In this document: positions 19,332-27,702 of the stretch, one piece after another
How the letters are laid out: the number at the start of each line of letters is the position of its first letter
Numbering within the stretch: the first letter of the stretch is position 1
The notes under the pieces: model-generated
The model's database searches: none
Told to the model about the DNA's origin: nothing
Seen by the model: only the letters and a program-made list of their open reading frames with translations
DNA from: Saprospiraceae bacterium
GTDB lineage: Bacteria; Bacteroidota; Bacteroidia; Chitinophagales; Saprospiraceae
NCBI GenBank assembly: GCA_020628645.1
Contig: JAHDES010000017.1
Span: 24,570 to 88,569 of the forward strand
Direction of reading: 5' to 3'
DNA: 64,000 bases
Position numbers and translations under genes: made by a program

Positions 19332-19895
19332 CTATCCAACGCCTTGTTCTTTAAAAAAGGCTTCAATTTTTTTTACAGCATGATGATAAGAAGCTTTTAA
19401 GGCTCCCACTGAAGTCTCCAGCATATCTGAAATTTCTTGATAAGACAATTCATCATAATAGCGCATATTAAATACGGTTCGTTGTTTATCTGGCAAAGTA
19501 GTTAATGCATTTTGTAGATGTTGTTGAGCTGCATTCGCATCAAAATAACTATCTGCAAATAGTCGATTTTGTAAACCTACCTCTTCATCATCAATTGAAC
19601 TCGTCGTTTGCCGTTTTTGTTTTTTTAAATGTGTAATGGCTTCATTGCTTGCAATACGATACAACCAAGTGTACAATTGGGACTTTCCTTCAAACCGATC
19701 AATACTTCGAAATACTTTGACCAATACATTTTGCAATACATCATTGGTATCTTCATGTGTACCAACCATCCGTCGAATCTGACGATACAAGCGTTCTTGA
19801 TATTTTTGCATCAACAAACGGAAGCCTTTTTCCTGTTGTGTGCCATTTTGTAATAAAGTCAGTATTGTATCGTCTGAGATTGAATTCACGTGCAA
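19332..19895 (-). CDS. RNA polymerase ECF-type sigma-70 factor
   Basis: Sigma-70 region 2 (YRIASNEAITHL...) and region 4 (QRTVFNMRYYDELSYQEISDMLETSVGALKASYHHAVKKI). Confidence 0.85.
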   Translation of the reverse strand: MHVNSISDDTILTLLQNGTQQEKGFRLLMQKYQERLYRQIRRMVGTHEDTNDVLQNVLVKVFRSIDRFEGKSQLYTWLYRIASNEAITHLKKQKRQTTSSIDDEEVGLQNRLFADSYFDANAAQQHLQNALTTLPDKQRTVFNMRYYDELSYQEISDMLETSVGALKASYHHAVKKIEAFFKEQGVG

Positions 19896-19977
19896 TCGTC
19901 GGTTTTCTTTGAAGATAAGACTAAGTAAATGAGAAATGGTTTAATTTTGTAAAAAAAATAATTTTAGTAATTGCCAA

Positions 19978-21489
19978 ATGAAGTATTCATTCCTTTCTTT
20001 TTTTTGCTTGATTTCGTTTTTAGGATTTTCACAAACTAAAATAGATACCAGCTTAGCAACACCTTATTCTACTATCTTCACCCACTTACATTTTTTACAA
20101 GTAGAAACCTATATTCCTTCTATTGCTGCAAAAACAATACCTCCCCCAAATCCAAGAGCAGAACAACTCATCATACAACTCAAACAAATTTTGGACGGAA
20201 AAGGCTTGTATGTTCGTATGAATATGTTACCTCAAAATGCAGATTACCTAGATAGTCTTTCACAAAATGCATACTATACTCCTTTTCCAGAACTTTTACC
20301 TGAAGTTTATCTCGAAAAAATAAATAACAAATGGTATTACTCCTCAGAAACGGTAAATGCAATTCCTCAGTTACACCGAAAAGTATATCCCTTTGGTTCA
20401 GATGTATTATTGAATATTCTTCCACAAATGGGGCAACAAAAAATTGGAGGACTCGCCACCTGGCAATATTTAGGTATCCTATTTTTATTGATTTTTGCAT
20501 TTATTCTTTACCTCATTTTTAGTCGTATTATTCGACCTATTATTGATCGTTTAATTCATCTTCGGAACAATCCTATTGAAGGTGACCAAATGATTATTCG
20601 AAAAATCAGTCGTTATACCACCTTATTCTTGCTGGTTTACTTACTAAAAATGATGCTTCCCATTTTACAATTACCTCCTTTGTTAGCAACCTATGTTATT
20701 ACGAGTTTACGAATTATTCAAACGGTTTTTGGTATTTTACTTTTTCTACGTATTGGTGATTTAGGTGTTTTATATTTAACTCGCCTATCGCAACAAACTT
20801 CTAATCGTTTAGATGAGCAGATAATGCCCATATTAAAACGCATATTTCAGTTGGTGATCGTCTTAGGTGGTATTATTCATATTTTGAATCTCTTAGATAT
20901 TAATGTAACGGCACTCATTGCAGGTGTATCCATTGGTGGCTTGGCATTGGCTTTAGCGGCACAAGATACCGTTAAGAATTTGATTGGTTCTATTATGATT
21001 TTTATTGATCGTCCTTTTCAAATTGGCGATTACATTGAATGGGGAGTTTTTTCGGGAGTGGTAAATGAAGTGGGCTTTCGGACTACACGCATTCAATTAG
21101 CAGATTCTTCCATTATTTCTGTACCCAATGGTACGATAGCTAATGTAGCCGTTACTAATAAAGGAGTACGAGTTTATCGCTTGTTTAAAATAATTCTTAA
21201 TCTAACCTATACTACTCCTCCAGATAAAATTGAACATTTTATTCACCAACTAGAACAATTGATTCTCAATCATCCTTTGACGGCCAAAGAAAATTATTAT
21301 GTTCGTTTAGTAGAATTATCTGCTTCTTCTATAGATATATTATTTAGAGCCAATTTATTGGTAGATAGTTATGCGATAGAATTAGAAAGTAAACAAGAAT
21401 TTTTGTTGGCTATTTTACGTTTAGCACAACAAGAAGGAATTAATTTTGCGTATCCTTCGTCTACTATTTATCTAGAAAATGGAGATTGA
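19978..21489 (+). CDS. Mechanosensitive ion channel, MscS family
   Basis: Multiple TM helices, followed by the MscS beta-domain DRPFQIGDYIEWGVFSGVVNEVGFRTTRIQLADSSIISVPNGTIANVAVTN. Confidence 0.85.
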   Translation: MKYSFLSFFCLISFLGFSQTKIDTSLATPYSTIFTHLHFLQVETYIPSIAAKTIPPPNPRAEQLIIQLKQILDGKGLYVRMNMLPQNADYLDSLSQNAYYTPFPELLPEVYLEKINNKWYYSSETVNAIPQLHRKVYPFGSDVLLNILPQMGQQKIGGLATWQYLGILFLLIFAFILYLIFSRIIRPIIDRLIHLRNNPIEGDQMIIRKISRYTTLFLLVYLLKMMLPILQLPPLLATYVITSLRIIQTVFGILLFLRIGDLGVLYLTRLSQQTSNRLDEQIMPILKRIFQLVIVLGGIIHILNLLDINVTALIAGVSIGGLALALAAQDTVKNLIGSIMIFIDRPFQIGDYIEWGVFSGVVNEVGFRTTRIQLADSSIISVPNGTIANVAVTNKGVRVYRLFKIILNLTYTTPPDKIEHFIHQLEQLILNHPLTAKENYYVRLVELSASSIDILFRANLLVDSYAIELESKQEFLLAILRLAQQEGINFAYPSSTIYLENGD

Positions 21490-21600
21490 TTTTTTACATC
21501 GGAAAAAGAAAAATCTTAAATTTTAAATAAAATTTATTTTTCGATAGGGGGGATAGCATTTTTTTAGCGTCTACTACTTGGAACTACTAAGCCTTGTTTT

Positions 21601-22614
21601 ATGGAAGTATCTCGACAATATGAATTAATTGCCAAATATCTTGCAGGAGAATTGCAAGAAAAAGAGGAAGAAAATTTTCTCGAATGGGTACAGCAAGACG
21701 CTGCGCACCAACAATTATTGGAAGAAAGTAGGCAAATCTGGGAAGATGCAAATTTGCCTCAAGCCACTATAGAAGTTGATACTTCAATGGCATGGGATGA
21801 TTTTGAAGCAGCAATTGCTCCTGAAGAAAAAAATGCTGAAACAGCAAAAGTAGTTGCCATGCGCCCACGTAAACAACTTTGGCGTATTGCTGCTGTCCTT
21901 TTAGTATTGTTGGGGGCGAGTTTCTGGTGGTATCAAAATAGTCGAATAACAAGTGATGAATGGATACAAGTAGCTACCAATGAAAAACAACGCGATCAAA
22001 TAGAATTACCTGATGGCAGTATAATTTGGTTAAATACGAATTCGTCTATTAGCTATGCGAATAACTTTGAAACAAATCGAACTGTACGCTTAGAAGGAGA
22101 AGCTTTTTTCGATGTAGCACGAGATGAAAATCATCCATTTCGAATTTATAGCAAAGACACTAAAACGGAGGTTTTGGGTACGTCTTTTAATATACGGGCA
22201 TATCCAAATGAAGAAGAAGTACAAGTAAGTGTATCAAGTGGTAAAGTGGCTTTTTCTGAAACGCTAAATAATAAAACTCCTTTACTGTTGACGAAAGGGA
22301 TGCAAGGAAAACTAGAAAAGAAAAATTGGCAATTAGAACAAGCAGTGCTTGAGAATGAAAATGATATAGCATGGAAAACGGGAGCACTTGATTTTAAAGA
22401 AACGCCTTTAAGAGAAGCGCTAACCGCCATTAATCATTATGCGAATATTGATATACAAGTAGAAAATGAAGCAATTTATAATTGTACCCTTAAATCTAAT
22501 TTTAAAGATGATTCTGTGGAAGATATTATCAAAACCATAGAATTTATGCTCAACCTAACAAGTACACAAGATGGCAACACTTTTATCCTTTCGGGAAAAG
22601 GGTGTGAAGAATAA
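21601..22614 (+). CDS. FecR-family anti-sigma / transmembrane signal transducer
   Basis: TM helix about 100 aa in (LWRIAAVLLVLLGASFWW), then the FecR domain (WLNTNSSISYANNFETNRTVRLEGEAFFDV) and a DUF4974-like C-terminus. Confidence 0.8.
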   Translation: MEVSRQYELIAKYLAGELQEKEEENFLEWVQQDAAHQQLLEESRQIWEDANLPQATIEVDTSMAWDDFEAAIAPEEKNAETAKVVAMRPRKQLWRIAAVLLVLLGASFWWYQNSRITSDEWIQVATNEKQRDQIELPDGSIIWLNTNSSISYANNFETNRTVRLEGEAFFDVARDENHPFRIYSKDTKTEVLGTSFNIRAYPNEEEVQVSVSSGKVAFSETLNNKTPLLLTKGMQGKLEKKNWQLEQAVLENENDIAWKTGALDFKETPLREALTAINHYANIDIQVENEAIYNCTLKSNFKDDSVEDIIKTIEFMLNLTSTQDGNTFILSGKGCEE

Positions 22615-22642
22615 TTGAATTTTTATCCTTTATTTTTTAAAC

Positions 22643-24367
22643 ATGCGCATTTTTCTTATTCTTTTTTTATCCACTTTTTTTCTTGTTCAAATAGCAGGAC
22701 AGAATGCGCAATTCGTCAAACGTGCTAGTTTCCAATTTCAAGACCAACCATTAGAATATGTATTAGAGCAGTTGAGTGATGAATTCAATATCCAGTTTGC
22801 TTACAGTAAAGAAATAGTAGATGTCGATCAATTGGTAAGTCTTTCTATTAATGATGAAGCTTTATCTGAGGTGTTAGATCAACTCTTTGCACAAACAAAA
22901 ATTGTGTATGCTTCTATTGGCGGACAAATTGTTTTAAAGACAGATGAAAAAAAAATCCCAATCCCAATAGGGGGGGGGGATGAAAATGATCGTCTTAGTA
23001 GTGGAAGGACGCATCCAAAAGAGGATAAGACCTACAAAATAGAAGGCATGAAAACAGATAGTCCCCTTCAAAAGAGGAGGGAATTAGCCAAGGGAGAATG
23101 GATAACCCTAGAACCCAAAGCTCTAGACGGTGGGCAAATGCCTTCCTTTGAAATAGATTATAGCGAATTGTCTTTTGGAAAAGTAGTAGAACTAGATGCA
23201 ATTTTAGACACCTTATGGTCTAATATACGGATGGAGTGGGAAGAAAAAATTAATCAAGCAGAACAAAATATAACAATTAATCTACCCAATTTAGATTCTA
23301 CTGCTGTTCAAATTGGACTCAATCCTGATGTGGAACTTACCACAAAAGAGATAGAAACTAAAAATGTAGCCTTCCATCTTTTTTGGGGAAAAACGCCTGC
23401 CATAGAAGGTATTGCCATAGGAGGTTTAGGTAGCCGAGTTGAACGCGATATTGAAGGGCTTCAATTATCCTCATTACGAAATGTAGTAGAAGGAAATTTA
23501 TACGGTTCTCAAATTAGTTTGCTTTTTAATCGTGTGCGAGGTGAAGTAATAGGCTCTCAAATAGGTGGTTTGAGAAATGTTGCCCAACGAATGGTGGGCG
23601 TGCAAGCAGCAGGATTGAGTAATAAAACAAAAGGAAGTTTTGGAGGCGTGCAAATTGCAAGTTTAAGTAATCGTGCTAATGAAGCTGTTGGTGGTAGTCA
23701 GTTTGCAGGATTGTACAATCGAGCAAAAGGTAAAATTAATACTCAAGTAGGATTGATTAATCATGCAGACTCATTAAGGGGCGTACAGATTGGCTTGATT
23801 AACTTTGCTAATGATGTAAAAGGAGCTCCAATTGGTTTGATTTCTTTTGTGAAAAATGGTTACAATCGAATGGAATTAAGTTATAGCCCACAATTGGGCT
23901 ATCAAATGGGGATTAAATTAGGGGCAAAAGGATTCTATAATATTTTTCAAGGAACAATTGATCGTTCCAATAAAATAATAAACAACTGGGGACTAGGATA
24001 TGGAATCGGAACGTATATCTCCAATGAAAAACGATGGGGGCTAAATTTTGAATTATTAGGTATTCATGTGAATGAGTCTGAGGAGTGGACAACTGATTTA
24101 AATCTTTTGACCAAATTGAGAATGACGCTCGATCTTCGGTTAGGAAAACGCTTTAGTTTATTTGTAGGGCCAGACATGAATCTGATGATTTCAAGAGTTT
24201 TCGATGCTGATACAATGACCTATGGTTCTAGTATTGCACCAGAAAATCTATTATACGAATATACAAATACCGTAACAAACATAAGTCCACTTCCTATATC
24301 TGTTACCACTACAACTATTACCGATTTTAAAGGTTGGATCAGCTTAAATGCTGGTATCCGCTTCTAA
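22643..24367 (+). CDS. STN-domain protein with about nine tandem ~16-aa Gly/Gln-rich repeats and a C-terminal beta-barrel-like domain. Atypical: it is not a full TonB-dependent receptor.
   Basis: Signal peptide. N-terminal STN (secretin/TonB N-terminal) signalling domain (FQFQDQPLEYVLEQLSDEFNIQFAYS...). Central repeats of the form GxQIxGLxNxxxxxxx. The C-terminus ends ...SLNAGIRF. The start lies 28 bp after FecR. Confidence 0.6.
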   Translation: MRIFLILFLSTFFLVQIAGQNAQFVKRASFQFQDQPLEYVLEQLSDEFNIQFAYSKEIVDVDQLVSLSINDEALSEVLDQLFAQTKIVYASIGGQIVLKTDEKKIPIPIGGGDENDRLSSGRTHPKEDKTYKIEGMKTDSPLQKRRELAKGEWITLEPKALDGGQMPSFEIDYSELSFGKVVELDAILDTLWSNIRMEWEEKINQAEQNITINLPNLDSTAVQIGLNPDVELTTKEIETKNVAFHLFWGKTPAIEGIAIGGLGSRVERDIEGLQLSSLRNVVEGNLYGSQISLLFNRVRGEVIGSQIGGLRNVAQRMVGVQAAGLSNKTKGSFGGVQIASLSNRANEAVGGSQFAGLYNRAKGKINTQVGLINHADSLRGVQIGLINFANDVKGAPIGLISFVKNGYNRMELSYSPQLGYQMGIKLGAKGFYNIFQGTIDRSNKIINNWGLGYGIGTYISNEKRWGLNFELLGIHVNESEEWTTDLNLLTKLRMTLDLRLGKRFSLFVGPDMNLMISRVFDADTMTYGSSIAPENLLYEYTNTVTNISPLPISVTTTTITDFKGWISLNAGIRF

Positions 24368-24494
24368 AATTTGTAAAAAATAAACCATTAAAAGTTTAAA
24401 AACCATTACTCGAACTTTGTTCGAATAGCCCTAGCTATGTCTTGTGGCAACTAGAATTAGAAAATAATTTTATTAAAGAAAAACATCTATTACA

Positions 24495-25121
24495 ATGAAA
24501 AACGTATTAATGATTTGTCTCCTTTTTGGAACACTACAATTAGCAGCTCAGCAGGAAACCTTATTTAGCAAAGCTCGCCTTAAAGGCGTATGGGGTGGCC
24601 CACTTATCGAATGGAATAACCTTGGAGATAATTTCACCTACTCTTATGGAGGCGGTGGTGGATTAGTATTCAGCAACTTTTTCTTGGGAGCTTATGGTTT
24701 AGGTAGTACTGATTTTGATCGTTTGATTGATGGTGATGATATCAATTTAGATATTGCTCATGGTGGATTATGGTTAGGTTATACGTATCGTCCTTACAAA
24801 GTAGTCCATCCTTATGCAAGTGTACGTATGGGATGGGGAGCGGTAGGCATTGATGACCTCGATGATATTCATCATTTTAGAGATATTGATCGCATTTTTG
24901 CCGTAACGCCTGAAATAGGCTTAGAACTCAATGTTACTAAATTTTTCCACATTGCTGCAACAGCAGGTTATCGCTGGGTAGATGGTGTCAATAATTCAGT
25001 TGATTTAACTAATGAAGATTTTAGAGGGTTTAATGCTGCCTTAAACTTCCGTTTTGGATGGTTTGGTAATCGTTGGGATAGAGAAAAAGAAAAGATGCGT
25101 TCTAAAATTACAGAAGAATAA
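24495..25121 (+). CDS. Hypothetical outer-membrane beta-barrel protein
   Basis: Signal peptide; Gly/Tyr/Trp-rich alternating pattern; the sequence ends FRFGWFGNRW... Confidence 0.4.
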   Translation: MKNVLMICLLFGTLQLAAQQETLFSKARLKGVWGGPLIEWNNLGDNFTYSYGGGGGLVFSNFFLGAYGLGSTDFDRLIDGDDINLDIAHGGLWLGYTYRPYKVVHPYASVRMGWGAVGIDDLDDIHHFRDIDRIFAVTPEIGLELNVTKFFHIAATAGYRWVDGVNNSVDLTNEDFRGFNAALNFRFGWFGNRWDREKEKMRSKITEE

Positions 25122-25266
25122 AATACAAATAAATAGGTCGTGGCACGATTACTTGAGTCTAGGATAATAACCTACTTCCTATAAAAGATGACACTTGATA
25201 ATCGTGCAACGACTAAAAACACCCTTAAATCCAAATGAAACTTTTAACCACTAAAAAAGAAATATC

Positions 25267-26010
25267 ATGACGACTAAAAAAATGAATCTAAGTTTAAGCA
25301 CGTTACTAGGACTTTGTCTCCTCCTAATGACCAGTTGTGGCTGGGATGATGATGGTTATTTCAATTGTGAAAAAGGAGAAGGTGATATTATTTCAGCTAG
25401 TTTTGAATTTGATAATTTCTCAGGAATTGAGTTAGATATTGCAGCAGATGTGGTGCTTTCTCAAGGCGATAATTTTGAGGTGATTGCTGAAGGGCAGGAG
25501 AATATTATTGATCTTTTAGAATTTGATATCCGCAATAATAATTTACGAATTGATTTTGAAAATTGTGCAAGAGATTATAATCCATTAACCTTTTTTATTA
25601 CGATGCCTGATTTAGAATATGTAAGCATCGACGGATCTGGAGAAGTACGTGGAGAAACTTTTTTTGTAGTCAATGATTTAGAGTTAGATATTTCAGGATC
25701 AGGAGATATTGATTTGGGAATTGAAAATGCAGATGATGTCGATGCTAAAATTTCAGGTTCTGGTAAACTATTCTTAGAAGGAGATGCAGATAAATTAGAT
25801 TTTAGAGTGAGTGGGTCGGGAGATTTATGTGCCTTCAAATTAGAAGCTCGAAAAGCAGATATAAACATCAGTGGAAGTGGTAATGTAGAAGTTTTTGCAA
25901 CGAATGATTTAGATATTCGAATCTCAGGAAGTGGAGATGTATTCTATATCGGAAATCCTTCCATTTCAGTAGATATTAGTGGCTCAGGAGAAGTTGTAGA
26001 TGCAAATTAA
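25267..26010 (+). CDS. Lipoprotein with GIN/DUF2807-type repeats (putative adhesin-head domain)
   Basis: Lipoprotein signal (LLMTSCG), followed by six evenly spaced (I/V)SGSG(D/K/N) repeats. Confidence 0.55.
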   Translation: MTTKKMNLSLSTLLGLCLLLMTSCGWDDDGYFNCEKGEGDIISASFEFDNFSGIELDIAADVVLSQGDNFEVIAEGQENIIDLLEFDIRNNNLRIDFENCARDYNPLTFFITMPDLEYVSIDGSGEVRGETFFVVNDLELDISGSGDIDLGIENADDVDAKISGSGKLFLEGDADKLDFRVSGSGDLCAFKLEARKADINISGSGNVEVFATNDLDIRISGSGDVFYIGNPSISVDISGSGEVVDAN

Positions 26011-26052
26011 TACTCTAAAGTTAAAGTACTAATCCAATTTTTATAAAAAAAG

Positions 26053-26078
26053 ACGCTCAAGGTATACACCTTGAGCGT
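26053..26078. terminator. Bidirectional Rho-independent terminator
   Basis: ACGCTCAAGGT-ATAC-ACCTTGAGCGT: an 11-bp perfect stem, preceded by an A-run and followed by a T-rich stretch, between convergent genes. Confidence 0.6.
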
Positions 26079-26183
26079 TATTGTAATCTCTAATTGACTT
26101 TATGTTTCAAATTAGAAAGCACAAAGGTAGCTAATAATCTAGTTTTCAGCAATTTAACAAAAAACTTCCACCATAAACGCTGC

Positions 26184-26747
26184 CTATTCTGCGAAATAAC
26201 GTGGTATTCCTTCCATTTTTGCTAAACTTTCCGTCGGAGAAAACCGAAATACATAGTCTAAAACAAGCTGAAAATCATCGGCAAACTCCATAAAATAGTC
26301 TTCATGAAGTTTTTCTGTTTTCTTAAAAAGCTGTTTTATTCGTGTGATAACATATTTAGTAAAAGTACGTGAACGATAAGCAGGAAAGTTTTCCAACATA
26401 GATAGATGGTTATCAAATGCCGTCTTCAACATTAAAATAGTCAAGTTGACCTCCCCTAGTTTGTCCTTGGTCACTTTTACATGTTCCGTAATCCGTACAT
26501 TGCAACTACTCAAATCCATTCGCAAATAACCAGGCGTATTATAATCTACTGGACGAAGTGTATGTAGAATAAATTTTTGAATCTCTTCCACGCGTTCATC
26601 TACCGACATCGCGGCTTCCATCAGTTGAAAATTCAATTTTTTGACCAACAACTCATCTTTTGCAATCAATCGAAGCAATAATTTATCCTTCTCTTTTATA
26701 GGCATAGCCTTGATAGCCATCTTTAAATCATCAGGTATTTTTACCAT
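26184..26747 (-). CDS. Hypothetical protein
   Basis: 187-aa ORF with typical codon usage; no domain I can recognise. Confidence 0.4.
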   Translation of the reverse strand: MVKIPDDLKMAIKAMPIKEKDKLLLRLIAKDELLVKKLNFQLMEAAMSVDERVEEIQKFILHTLRPVDYNTPGYLRMDLSSCNVRITEHVKVTKDKLGEVNLTILMLKTAFDNHLSMLENFPAYRSRTFTKYVITRIKQLFKKTEKLHEDYFMEFADDFQLVLDYVFRFSPTESLAKMEGIPRYFAE

Positions 26748-26789
26748 AGAATACTTTTTTTAACAAACTTAAGCATCAATTTTTATACC

Positions 26790-27449
26790 TCAAAGCACTT
26801 CTTCTATCAAACGCTCTACAACAGCATTTTCTAATACTTCTTGATTTATTTTAGTAAACCCACTTTTTCTAAATTCGTCAAAAGCAGGATGCATTCTAAG
26901 ATATGCAAGATGATCCTCCTCTAGAATCCGATTTTGATTCGCTAATTGGTATCCTACCGCTTTTTGAAGTGCTATAAACCCTTTCTCCTCACGCTCCATA
27001 ATGGAATAGATACAAGCCATATAAAAATACACTTCTGAATCAATTGTTCCACTATCAATTGCTAAATGAAACTGCTCTAATGCCTTTTCTAGATCGTAGT
27101 CATCTAGTAATTGAATTCCTTTTTCTTTCGCTGACTTTTTAGGTTTCTTAGGCATACTTCCAAACCCAACAGGAACATTCTGACGAACTAATTTTCCGTT
27201 TCGTTTTATATCAATGCTCACTTGCCAATTCATATCTACTTTAGTCGTAACAATATAATTTGCAGTGATACCATTTTCCATTAGTTCAAAAGGATGATCG
27301 ATTCCCATAATGGAGAATTTCTTAGAGACCAATTGTCCATTCACGTAAATAAACTCCTCCCCCAACCAATTATTGAAAAACTCAATCTTTTTTCGTTCTA
27401 ACTCAATCTTTTTGTAGTACATAATCACAAATTTATATTGGAAAATCAT
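26790..27449 (-). CDS. Hypothetical protein (helical, TPR-like C-terminal region). The start is uncertain.
   Basis: 219-aa ORF. The C-terminal part is helical-repeat-like (ALEQFHLAIDSGTIDSEVYFYMACIYSIMEREEKGFIALQKAVGYQL). Confidence 0.4.
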   Translation of the reverse strand: MIFQYKFVIMYYKKIELERKKIEFFNNWLGEEFIYVNGQLVSKKFSIMGIDHPFELMENGITANYIVTTKVDMNWQVSIDIKRNGKLVRQNVPVGFGSMPKKPKKSAKEKGIQLLDDYDLEKALEQFHLAIDSGTIDSEVYFYMACIYSIMEREEKGFIALQKAVGYQLANQNRILEEDHLAYLRMHPAFDEFRKSGFTKINQEVLENAVVERLIEEVL

Positions 27450-27620
27450 TTTTACTAGTATCGTCTAAACCATTACAAGACAAGTCCTATTTATTTACTG
27501 TATCTTTGTCTTTAAGAGATACTACACTTTTTTGTAAAATCCTATTTTCTTCGATCAAGCAAGAAGAAATCACGATTTTTGAAAAAGCACAAACAAAAAA
27601 CATGTTCTCATTCAAAAAAC

Positions 27621-27700
27621 TCTAAGAGCGAAGCGATCTAAAGTCTAATCGTCTAAAAACGAAGTGGTCTAAAAAAGCTTAGCGATCTAAAAATAAAAAA
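27621..27700. repeat. Intergenic TCTAA-repeat tract containing the 21-nt core GCGAAGCGATCTAAAGTCTAA. Copy A lies upstream of the YgiQ gene.
   Basis: Five TCTAA copies at 8-14-nt spacing, plus sub-repeats GAAGCGATCTAAA / GAAGTGGTCTAAAA / TAGCGATCTAAAA. The core occupies 27628-27648. Confidence 0.45.
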
Positions 27701-27702
27701 AC

